A stretch of 32,000 bases of DNA from Massilicoli timonensis (GCF_900199515.1 NZ_LT963434.1:1083272-1115271); one strand, 5' to 3'; positions 1 to 6,887 are shown, counted from the first letter of the stretch. Notes: a model not told the origin generated them from the letters alone. A program made the numbers and translations.

Positions 1-8
1 GCAAGGAA

Positions 9-1115
9 ATGACCGAGTTAAAAGCGTCCCTTGAAACAATACAGACCACCGCAAAGGAACTCATTACCGAGATTGAGGGGCATTTTACCGAGTTGCAGCA
101 GCAGCGGCAAGCCGAGCAGGAGCAGGGCGATACCTTTTCCATTTATCAGTTAAAGCGCGGGGACGAAACAAGGGACTTGCGCTTTGAGCCTTATGACCGT
201 CTGCAAGCGGCTGGACTTACCATTGACCGGGTAAATTATGAACTCGTCTATACTGCACCGCTTACAAAGGATATGACGCTGGGCGACATTTGGGAAAGGT
301 TTAATATCGACCACCCCGCCGATTTCAAGGGGCATAGCCTTTCCGTTTCCGACATTGTTGTGCTTCATCAGAACGACGAGGACACCGCCCACTATGTAGA
401 CAGTATCGGTTTTCAGCAAGTGCCGGAGTTTTTGCAGGAGCAGCAGACCCCCGTATTTGACAAGCTGCCGCCCGAACAGCAGCAAGCCTTGTCCGACACC
501 GTACAAGACACTTTGCAAATGCTGGTTGACGCAGACAAGCGGATTTATGGCGACGTTACGGGCAAGACCCTTGAAGCAATCGCGGCGCAAGGATATTCCT
601 ACAAGGACGGGCAGCTTGAAAAGCAGCAGCCGGAAGCGACCCCCGACAGCCTTTTGACGGGTGAAACCGTCAGAACGCCGAGGGGCAATTTTCATATTAC
701 CGATATGAGCCGTGAACAGATCGAAGCGGCGGGATTTGGTTTTCACCATGCGTCGGAGGACGGGAAGTATCTCATTATGGGGAATGGCACACAGGCTTAT
801 GCCATAGCCGCCGAGCAGCCGCAGCGGGATAATCCCTTAAAGCACGTCGAGGACACCATAGAGCAGAACGACAACAATTTTGACGGGCTTATCAACAATA
901 CGCCGCAAACGCCCACCGTTGCAGATTTTGAGCAGCGGGCAAAGGCGGGGGAAGCGATTTCCGTTACCGACCTTGCAAAAGCGGTAAAAGCCGAGAAACG
1001 GGAACAGCCGCAGAAAAAACCGTCCATTTTGAAGAAGCTGGACGAATACAAGAAACAGGCAGCGCAGCAGCCGAAAGATAAACAGAAAGAGCATAAAAAG
1101 GATTTGGAGGTTTGA
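9..1115 (+). CDS. YodL-like / LPD28-like / DUF4316-like conjugative-element protein (possibly 5'-partial)
   Basis: 368-aa ORF whose frame stays open to nt 1. N-terminal FSIYQLK..LRFEPY..YELVY..LGDIWERFN (YodL-like), central RGNFHITDMS..GFGFHH..DGKYLIMG, and C-terminal EQNDNNFDGLINN (DUF4316-like). Families recalled from memory. Confidence 0.65.
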   Translation: MTELKASLETIQTTAKELITEIEGHFTELQQQRQAEQEQGDTFSIYQLKRGDETRDLRFEPYDRLQAAGLTIDRVNYELVYTAPLTKDMTLGDIWERFNIDHPADFKGHSLSVSDIVVLHQNDEDTAHYVDSIGFQQVPEFLQEQQTPVFDKLPPEQQQALSDTVQDTLQMLVDADKRIYGDVTGKTLEAIAAQGYSYKDGQLEKQQPEATPDSLLTGETVRTPRGNFHITDMSREQIEAAGFGFHHASEDGKYLIMGNGTQAYAIAAEQPQRDNPLKHVEDTIEQNDNNFDGLINNTPQTPTVADFEQRAKAGEAISVTDLAKAVKAEKREQPQKKPSILKKLDEYKKQAAQQPKDKQKEHKKDLEV

Positions 1116-1119
1116 TAGC

Positions 1120-1329
1120 ATGAATACCCGCTTTACCATTGAGGAAGAAAACATTGTTGCGATCTACGCCGAGGACAGCCGGGAAACAACGCTTGAAAAT
1201 ATCCTTGCCGCCATGCCCTACATGGACGAGGATATGCGCCAGCTTGCCGCCGCAGCGGTGAACAAGCTGCAAGCCATGACGGACAGCGAGTTTTCCGAAA
1301 GGGAGTTTATCTTGACCGACGAGGAATAG
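1120..1329 (+). CDS. transposon-transfer assisting protein (TTRAP family)
   Basis: 69 aa, starting 4 nt after the upstream stop. FTIEEENIVAIY...PYMDEDMRQLA pattern is typical of the small TTRAP proteins of Clostridia conjugative transposons. Confidence 0.6.
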   Translation: MNTRFTIEEENIVAIYAEDSRETTLENILAAMPYMDEDMRQLAAAAVNKLQAMTDSEFSEREFILTDEE

Positions 1330-1340
1330 CCCATAGAAAA

Positions 1341-1388
1341 CAGGGGCGCGGTTGCCGATTTCCGGCACCGCGCCCCTGTTCTTTTTTT
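1341..1388. terminator. Rho-independent terminator (bidirectional, between convergent genes)
   Basis: Perfect 12-bp stem CAGGGGCGCGGT (1341-1352) / ACCGCGCCCCTG (1367-1378), followed by TTCTTTTTTT. An A-run sits on the 5' side. Confidence 0.75.
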
Positions 1389-1530
1389 GTCCTTGCGTGG
1401 ACAATTAGAAAGCCGTTTTTGCGGGTTTGAATATACTTTATCGTCTATGCTGTTTCCCCGCGCTGGAAGCCGCAGAAACACAGGCGTTTTCAGCCCTTAA
1501 CGTTCCACTTGCCACCCCATGTTTTGCGCC

Positions 1531-2865
1531 TTATCGCTCCTGCTCCCGCGCCCTGCTTTGGGACGGGTAAAGAATACTATCGACGTTCTTTTTGACAATG
1601 CCGTATTCTTGCATTTGCTTTTTCGCTTGGCGGTAATCCTCATACAATTTGCTTTTTCTGTCGTTTAAGCTGCTATACTCCTTGCGCAGCGCGGCGAGAT
1701 CGGGCAGCTTCTTTATCTGCATTTCCTTTAATGCCCTTGCCGCAGCTTCAAACAGGATAATTTCGCTTTCATGCCCCCGCAGATACTTTTCCTTGTCCCG
1801 CGACTTCTTGTATTCCTCGTAAATCGGTTTTAATTGTCGGTATGTGGTCGTGTGCTTGATAAGCAGCGACAAATCAGACATACGCTGCTCTACGTCCTTA
1901 ACCGCCCTTGCCGCCGCGTCATGGGCGGTCATAATATCGGCTATCTTGCTTTCAAGTTCGCTATAATACTCAATCTTGTTTTCGGTTAGGAAGTTCATGC
2001 TTTTAGCAGCCTGTTTCAGATTATGGATTTTTGCCCACCGTTCATAGCCCGCCGACTGTTGGGCTTTGATACTGTTTTCAAGATCGACGACAATCCGGAT
2101 TTTCTTATCTTCCCGCAGCGTTTTTGTTTTGGCAACATACACGCCCTTGATACGCTCCTTTATCGCTTCTTCCGTATAGGCCGCGCCGAGCGTCTTTGTG
2201 CGGGTAAACCGTTCCTGTCCGGCAGCGCGAAAGGAAATGTATTTGCCCTGTTTGATTTCATACCCCATTTCCTGCAAGCGGCGCAGCAGTTCGTCAAAAT
2301 CTTTCACTTGGGGAATGAGAGTATCTATCGCCGTTTTCAGCTTTGCTTTGTAGCTTGTCCCTTGCTTTTCGGCGGTGTATTCTGCATAGCTTTTTCCCTT
2401 GTCCTGTCCCGGTACGACGACGGATAGCCCATGCTCTTTACATATCCTGTCGCTGGTGCGCCGGATAAAGTGATAGCTTTGCTTGTTGGAATGGTACTTT
2501 TTGTAGTCAACGAAGCTAACCGCGTTGAAAATCAAGTGATTATGCAGATGGTCTTTATCGACGTGAGTTGTCAAAACAAACTCATACTTGCCGCCTAATA
2601 CCGCCCCGGCAAGTTCCATGCCGATTTTGTGCGCTTCTTCCGGTGTGGTTTCTCCCACCGCAAAGGATTGTATCAAGTGCCGCCCTAAATGTGTGCCGCG
2701 ATCTCCGGCAGCTTCCCGCGTCCATGCAAACTCAATATCGGCGGTTTCCAGCCCGCAGCCGAAAGAGGACGCAAGCAGCTTCCCGTCTGTCTTTTCGGGA
2801 TTTAAGATATAGTCTATCGCAGCCTTTAAGGTTGATTTAATAGGGTGCGTCTTTGTAACCGCCAT
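1531..2865 (-). CDS. relaxase / mobilization nuclease (MobA/VirD2-type)
   Basis: 444 aa. N-terminal relaxase domain with the HVDKDHLHNHLIFN histidine triad. Sits immediately downstream of and overlapping mobC. C-terminal GYERWAKIHNLKQAAK motif is shared with the E2 relaxase. Confidence 0.85.
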   Translation of the reverse strand: MAVTKTHPIKSTLKAAIDYILNPEKTDGKLLASSFGCGLETADIEFAWTREAAGDRGTHLGRHLIQSFAVGETTPEEAHKIGMELAGAVLGGKYEFVLTTHVDKDHLHNHLIFNAVSFVDYKKYHSNKQSYHFIRRTSDRICKEHGLSVVVPGQDKGKSYAEYTAEKQGTSYKAKLKTAIDTLIPQVKDFDELLRRLQEMGYEIKQGKYISFRAAGQERFTRTKTLGAAYTEEAIKERIKGVYVAKTKTLREDKKIRIVVDLENSIKAQQSAGYERWAKIHNLKQAAKSMNFLTENKIEYYSELESKIADIMTAHDAAARAVKDVEQRMSDLSLLIKHTTTYRQLKPIYEEYKKSRDKEKYLRGHESEIILFEAAARALKEMQIKKLPDLAALRKEYSSLNDRKSKLYEDYRQAKKQMQEYGIVKKNVDSILYPSQSRAREQER

Positions 2866-3155
2866 ATCTCGTCCACCGCCTTTTTAATGTCCTCTATATC
2901 CTGCCTGTAAACCGTCCCCGTCGCATTGGCGCGTTTTGCAATCTGGTTGATGTTCCGGCTCACCGCTTGCAGTTCCCGGATATATGCTTTTGTGTCGCTT
3001 CGGTCAACGACAAGAATATACCCGTCTATCGCCATTTTACGGAAGTATGCCCCATACTGCTTTATGGGAAGCTGCTTCATCTTCTCGTCGATCAGCCGCT
3101 TTTCTTCTTCCGTAACGTAAAACTTCATCTGTATATTTCTCTTTCGGTTTTCCAT
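2826..3155 (-). CDS. mobC: MobC-family relaxosome accessory protein
   Basis: 109 aa. F.VTEEEK..I..K and the SRNINQIAKRAN motif are typical of MobC. The gene overlaps the relaxase start. Confidence 0.8.
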   Translation of the reverse strand: MENRKRNIQMKFYVTEEEKRLIDEKMKQLPIKQYGAYFRKMAIDGYILVVDRSDTKAYIRELQAVSRNINQIAKRANATGTVYRQDIEDIKKAVDEIWRLQRRTLLNQP

Positions 3156-3177
3156 TTCCGCACCGCCTTTCGGTATA

Positions 3178-3232
3178 AGGGTTTGGGATTATCCCAACAA
3201 GCACTTTTCGCAAACGGGTACTCGTTTGCTGT
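3178..3232. promoter_or_regulatory. candidate oriT / mobC control region of E1
   Basis: Inverted repeats TTGGGAT/ATCCCAA (3183-3197) and GCAAACG/CGTTTGC (3210-3229) lie just upstream of mobC. The motif AGGGTTTGGG..CCCAACAAG is repeated upstream of the E2 mobC (13549-13577). Confidence 0.35.
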
Positions 3233-3299
3233 GCTTGCTATCTACTCCTTATCCCGTTTCAAAGGCAGCGTTTGTTGCACTCTCTTTCTAATTTGGCGC

Positions 3300-3332
3300 A
3301 AAAAAAGATTGCAGCCCCTATGCGCTGCAATC
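3300..3332 (-). terminator. Rho-independent terminator after the XRE gene
   Basis: 9-bp stem GATTGCAGC (3307-3315) / GCTGCAATC (3324-3332). A 7-A run at 3300-3306 on the plus strand gives a U-tract on the minus strand. Confidence 0.65.
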
Positions 3333-3354
3333 TCCTGCTTCCCATATTGTGAGG

Positions 3355-3717
3355 TTAGTCCTCTGCTTGTTCGACTTCTGTTATCTCCCTTGCCGTTGCG
3401 GTTACAATCCGTATGCCTTTATCGCTCATACCGTCCAGCAGCGCGTCAAGCTGCCGCCGCCCGGTGGATTTCTCCGCATTGCTGTTCGGGAAGAAAAATT
3501 GATCTACCGAAATATGATACCGGGTTACAAGGTCATAGAATACCTGTAAACTCGGCTGTTGTCCCTTGTTCTCGATATTCGCAAGGTAGCGCGGGGAAAT
3601 ATATAACTCGTCGCTTACCTTTTTGCGGCTCTCGCCGTATTCATTTCTCGCGGCTTTTATAGCTGCCCCGAAAGCCTTAAAGTCGTACAATGGTACGGGT
3701 CTTTTTGCCATTTTCAT
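3355..3717 (-). CDS. XRE-family helix-turn-helix transcriptional regulator (Tn916 orf9-like position)
   Basis: 120 aa with an HTH_3-type core (SRKKVSDELYISPRYLANIENKGQQPSLQVFYDLV). Transcribed divergently from the cargo promoter. Confidence 0.85.
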   Translation of the reverse strand: MKMAKRPVPLYDFKAFGAAIKAARNEYGESRKKVSDELYISPRYLANIENKGQQPSLQVFYDLVTRYHISVDQFFFPNSNAEKSTGRRQLDALLDGMSDKGIRIVTATAREITEVEQAED

Positions 3718-3804
3718 TCACCCTGTTACATTTTACAGTTCACCTTTCTTTTTGGATATGTCCACACAATTCATATCATTAGGTTAAATACTTCCTGTTG
3801 TGTA

Positions 3805-3833
3805 TTGACAGTAGACTGATTTTCTTATAAAAT
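3805..3833 (+). promoter_or_regulatory. sigma-A type promoter of the cargo cassette
   Basis: TTGACA (3805-3810), a 17-nt spacer, then TAAAAT (3828-3833). Confidence 0.55.
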
Positions 3834-3861
3834 AAAATTTATGTAAAAGGAGGCGGCGTTT

Positions 3862-3888
3862 ATGTTGCATAGCATGCGTATTAGATAA
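3862..3888 (+). CDS. candidate leader peptide MLHSMRIR (8 codons)
   Basis: SD AAAGGAGG (3846-3853) lies 8 nt before the ATG. The ORF sits between the promoter and a strong terminator. Internal sequence is complementary to two downstream segments (3951-3957, 4002-4008). Confidence 0.4.
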   Translation: MLHSMRIR

Positions 3889-4040
3889 GCATTGAAAAAA
3901 AGGATTTTCCCATTTTCAACATGGGCTTTTTTGTCATGCTTATTTTGCGGATGCTATACAAAAAACTAACGACGTATAGATATAGTATAGACATAGTGCA
4001 AGCTATGCCTTAGTTTTGTTGTACTGCTCTGTGCATTATA

Positions 4041-4086
4041 AATGCAGGTCAATGCTCATGTTGAGGATTGACCTGCATTTTTTTGT
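4041..4086 (+). terminator. strong intrinsic terminator upstream of the KTR/radical-SAM genes (attenuator candidate)
   Basis: Perfect 13-bp stem AATGCAGGTCAAT (4041-4053) / ATTGACCTGCATT (4067-4079), followed by a T-run to 4086. It ends 23 nt before the KTR start codon. Confidence 0.75.
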
Positions 4087-4109
4087 GTAAAAAGGACGAG
4101 TGAAATATA

Positions 4110-4295
4110 ATGCTTAAAAAATATTGGATAAAATGTCCGATTTGTAACGGAAAGACGAGAGTTCAAGTATTTCATAATACTGTATTAAAAGATTTTCCTC
4201 TTTTCTGCCCTAAATGCAAATTGACGCATATCATTGATGTAGAAAAATTAGAGATTGTAATCAAAAATACAGAAAAACAAACTTTTATTATTTAG
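4110..4295 (+). CDS. cysteine-rich KTR domain protein (4-Cys zinc ribbon)
   Basis: 61 aa with CPICNGKTR and CPKC motifs. AT-rich codon usage. Stops 16 nt before the radical-SAM start. Confidence 0.8.
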   Translation: MLKKYWIKCPICNGKTRVQVFHNTVLKDFPLFCPKCKLTHIIDVEKLEIVIKNTEKQTFII

Positions 4296-4311
4296 AAGAA
4301 AGGATATAAAA

Positions 4312-5295
4312 ATGAAACGTTTACCTAAATATACGCCTGCGGAAGTACGGAATGATCCATACGGATTTACTTACAAAGAAATGTCGGAAGTTATTGGCGA
4401 GAATGAAGCAAAAGCCTTATATGAAGAATTATATAAGCAATTACCACGCAAAAAAAATCTATCAATGTTGGTAAAAAATATTTGCAAAAGCAGTGATACT
4501 GAAAAGTATGTTTACGAACTGAAAGACAACAAATACATTGAAACGGTTTTTATCAAGCGGCGAGATGGTGGAACTGTTTGCGTGAGCACACAAGTCGGTT
4601 GTCCTGTTGGTTGTATTTTTTGTGAGTCCGGGCGAAATGGCTTTGTTCGTAATCTAACATCGTCAGAAATCGTACAACAGATTATATTGTTGCGTCGAAA
4701 AGTAAACCGTATCGTTTTTATGGGTATGGGAGAGCCTTTATTCAATTATGACAACTTGATAAAAGCAATCCATATTCTCCGAGATAGATATGGGCTCAAC
4801 TTTCCAACCGACGGCATTACCATATCAACAGTTGGTCCGGTCGATCAATTAAAAAAATTGCGCGAGGAACATCTTAAAATTCAGTTGACAATATCTTTAC
4901 ACGCAGCAACACAATCTGCAAGAAATCGTATTATTCCTCACATGCGCATATATGCTATTGAAGATGTTGTTAAGCAAGCCTTATCCTATTCTGAAAGGCA
5001 TAATCGCAAAATTGTCTTTGCGTATTTGCTTTTACCGGGTATAAATGACCGGCCCTCAGATGTAAGACAACTTGCAAAATGGTTTCGGGGCAAAAAAGTT
5101 ATGATTAACGTGTTACAATACAACCCAACAAGCAATTCAAGAATTAAAGCACCACAGAAACGGGAAATAGTTGCATTCAAACATCAATTAGAGCAAGCAG
5201 GACTTGAAGTTACTATGAGAGTTTCTCATGGCAGAGAGATTAACGCGGCTTGTGGACAGTTAGCTAACACATATAATAAATTCAAAAAAAAATGA
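4312..5295 (+). CDS. RlmN/Cfr-family radical-SAM 23S rRNA (A2503) methyl synthase homologue
   Basis: 327 aa. TVCVSTQVGCPVGCIFC (Cys90 plus the Cys97/101/104 radical-SAM cluster), FMGMGEPL, ITISTVG, LTISLHA and C-terminal INAACGQL (Cys314) align block for block with E. coli RlmN and S. aureus Cfr as I remember them. SD GAAAGGA precedes the ATG. Confidence 0.9.
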   Translation: MKRLPKYTPAEVRNDPYGFTYKEMSEVIGENEAKALYEELYKQLPRKKNLSMLVKNICKSSDTEKYVYELKDNKYIETVFIKRRDGGTVCVSTQVGCPVGCIFCESGRNGFVRNLTSSEIVQQIILLRRKVNRIVFMGMGEPLFNYDNLIKAIHILRDRYGLNFPTDGITISTVGPVDQLKKLREEHLKIQLTISLHAATQSARNRIIPHMRIYAIEDVVKQALSYSERHNRKIVFAYLLLPGINDRPSDVRQLAKWFRGKKVMINVLQYNPTSNSRIKAPQKREIVAFKHQLEQAGLEVTMRVSHGREINAACGQLANTYNKFKKK

Positions 5296-5323
5296 TTAAA
5301 AGTGCCAGACGCATAGACGCAGA

Positions 5324-5370
5324 GCCGATAACGCATTAGGTCAAAAAACCTATGTGTTATCGGCTTTTTT
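5324..5370 (+). terminator. Rho-independent terminator after the radical-SAM gene
   Basis: Stem GCCGATAAC (5324-5332) / GTTATCGGC (5356-5364), followed by TTTTTT (5365-5370). Confidence 0.75.
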
Positions 5371-5448
5371 ATTTAATATTGCGCAAAAGCCGCTGTTCCC
5401 TATTATAGAATGGATTGCGGGTAGTGTATTAAAGTCGCCCTTTTTTAA

Positions 5449-5493
5449 GGATACGGCGGTATCGGGGAGGTATCGCCGTGTCCATTTTTATTT
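5449..5493 (+). terminator. terminator-like hairpin 2
   Basis: GGATACGGCGGTATC (5449-5463) / GTATCGCCGTGTCC (5470-5483) with two G-U pairs, followed by ATTTTTATTT. Confidence 0.5.
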
Positions 5494-5605
5494 ACTGTAA
5501 CCCGCCTAATGCTTTGCGGTCAAAAAAAGCTATGCTCCGCAAGCGGGATATTCCGGCTATGAGTATGAACTGTCAATACATCTAAATACTTCTTACATTT
5601 CCTTT

Positions 5606-5647
5606 GCGCTCGTCCGCGTCTTGCGGACGGGCGCATTTTGCTTTTTT
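5606..5647 (+). terminator. terminator-like hairpin 3 upstream of the sigma factor gene
   Basis: GCGCTCGTCCGC (5606-5617) / GCGGACGGGCGC (5623-5634), followed by ATTTTGCTTTTTT. Confidence 0.5.
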
Positions 5648-5768
5648 CAACTTTTTTCTGAAAAACGCACTCAAGAGCCATCTCCCGAACGGGTACGGAG
5701 CGAAAGGGGCAGAGAGGACAAGCCCTTAACTCCCGTCCTCTACTCCACGCGGGAAGGAGGTGAACTCT

Positions 5769-6206
5769 ATGGAGCTATCTTCTTCCGACAAGGAAAGAAT
5801 ACAACATCAGTACGACGCATTAGCAAAGAAAACTTTGGTTGGCGAAGCGAAAAGCCACCGCCGCACTCTTGCGAAACGCGCAGCACGCGAAGTACCTTTT
5901 TCGGATTTGAGCGAAAGCGAACTCGCGCAGCTTTTCACAACGGACGAATACAAAAGCGATTATTTCCGTTTTCAAGTGTCCGGCTTTGATGTACTCGTCA
6001 AAAATGAACTGCTTGCCGAAGCCCTTAACGCTTTGCCCGAAAGGAAACGCGACATTATCCTTTTGTCCTACTTCTTGGACATGAGCGACGCGGAAATTGC
6101 TGAACTGCTGAATGTTGTACGCACGACGGTTTTCCGGCACAGGAAATCCGCGCTTGCGAAAATCAAACAGTATTTGGAGGGAAAAGCAGATGATGAATAC
6201 CGTTAG
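5769..6206 (+). CDS. sigma-70 family RNA polymerase sigma factor (Tn916 orf7-like)
   Basis: The ORF track starts at GTG 5760, but ATG 5769 has SD GGAAGGAGG 8 nt upstream. Region-4 HTH present (LSYFLDMSDAEIAELLNVVRTTVFRHRKSAL). Confidence 0.8.
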   Translation: MELSSSDKERIQHQYDALAKKTLVGEAKSHRRTLAKRAAREVPFSDLSESELAQLFTTDEYKSDYFRFQVSGFDVLVKNELLAEALNALPERKRDIILLSYFLDMSDAEIAELLNVVRTTVFRHRKSALAKIKQYLEGKADDEYR

Positions 6207-6432
6207 GAAATCTGAAAATCTGTTGCCGTTCCCTGTCATTTCCGCAGCGGCAAACGGCGACACAACCGCCATGTGCGCGATCTTGAAGCATTACGAGGGT
6301 TACATAGCGAAACTTTGTACCCGCACGCTGAAAGACGACGCGGGCAATACCTATTCCTATGTGGACGAGGAAATGCGTAACAGGCTGCAAGTGCGCCTTA
6401 TTACCCGCACCCTTGCTTTTCATGTAGGATAA
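6190..6432 (+). CDS. HTH_16-type helix-turn-helix protein (Tn916 orf8-like)
   Basis: ATG 6190 follows SD GGAGGG and overlaps the sigma stop. AAANGDTTAMCAILKHYEGYI resembles the conjugative-transposon HTH family and parallels E2 ORF 14406-14609 (AHEGDPDAIDTILSHYAGYI). Confidence 0.7.
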   Translation: MMNTVRKSENLLPFPVISAAANGDTTAMCAILKHYEGYIAKLCTRTLKDDAGNTYSYVDEEMRNRLQVRLITRTLAFHVG

Positions 6433-6438
6433 TCTTTT

Positions 6439-6845
6439 AGCCCATGCGGGGAGCGTGTCCCCTTTCCACGCTTCCCGTTATGGGCTATTTGTCGTTCCGT
6501 AACAGCACATCGGAAACGGTGTACTGTTACAGGCCGACAAAGCCTATTGTTCCTTGACAAAGAAAGCGGCCTTTGGTGCGCAGCATAACAGGCAACGGGT
6601 ACATTCCGTCTGTACCGAGCCGGGCGGCGGGTACGCCATGACCGCTTTTCCCCGTTGGGGAAAAGTCGAGCGAGAACTACCGCGCCGTAAAACAAGTTTA
6701 GCAGCTTGTGGGCGACGACATACAAGGCGGCACAATGATACTCCCGCGTTGAACACCCTCAAAGTATTGCGCGGCGCACCCATAAGCATGGGCCGGGGTG
6801 AAACTCCCGTGAGGTTGCAGCTAACAACCGCCCGTTTTGCCTTTT
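6439..6845 (+). ncRNA. candidate structured RNA / structured 5' leader of the tnpW-recombinase operon (unclassified)
   Basis: 455-bp GC-rich gap with no convincing ORF. Nested 17-bp hairpin at 6439-6486; 13-bp hairpin capped by a GAAA tetraloop at 6499-6530; perfect 9-bp stem at 6645-6665. Long-range complements: 6575-6581 with 6774-6780, and 6621-6627 with 6828-6834. Confidence 0.3.
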
Positions 6846-6887
6846 GACGAATATAGTTTATCCATACAGGAAAAGGAGGTTTTTCTA

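Noticed and set aside
150-1481. Minus-strand ORFs 150-749, 797-1051, 837-1154, 964-1404, 1218-1481 and plus-strand 457-657
   Set aside because: They are shadow ORFs antisense to, or out of frame with, the well-supported YodL-like and TTRAP genes. They have no SD sequences and low-complexity or odd composition, as is typical of GC-rich DNA.
4312-5295. Radical-SAM gene considered as a viperin-like antiviral or peptide-maturase (RiPP) enzyme, with KTR as precursor
   Set aside because: The whole-length block pattern (VCVSTQVGC..C..C, MGMGEP, ISTVG, SLHA, AACGQL) is specific to RlmN/Cfr methyl synthases. No SPASM or twitch Cys cluster and no viperin C-terminal motif is present.
5471-5578. 35-codon GTG ORF (VSIFIYCNPPNALRSKKAMLRKRDIPAMSMNCQYI) with a GGGGAGG SD
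   Set aside because: The SD and start codon are buried in the 5449-5483 hairpin. There is no recognisable motif and no way to test conservation here, so it was not called.
5621-5989. 122-aa plus-strand ORF overlapping the E1 sigma gene start
   Set aside because: It is out of frame with the sigma factor, begins inside terminator-like hairpin 3, and is Arg/Ser/Phe-rich with no motif.
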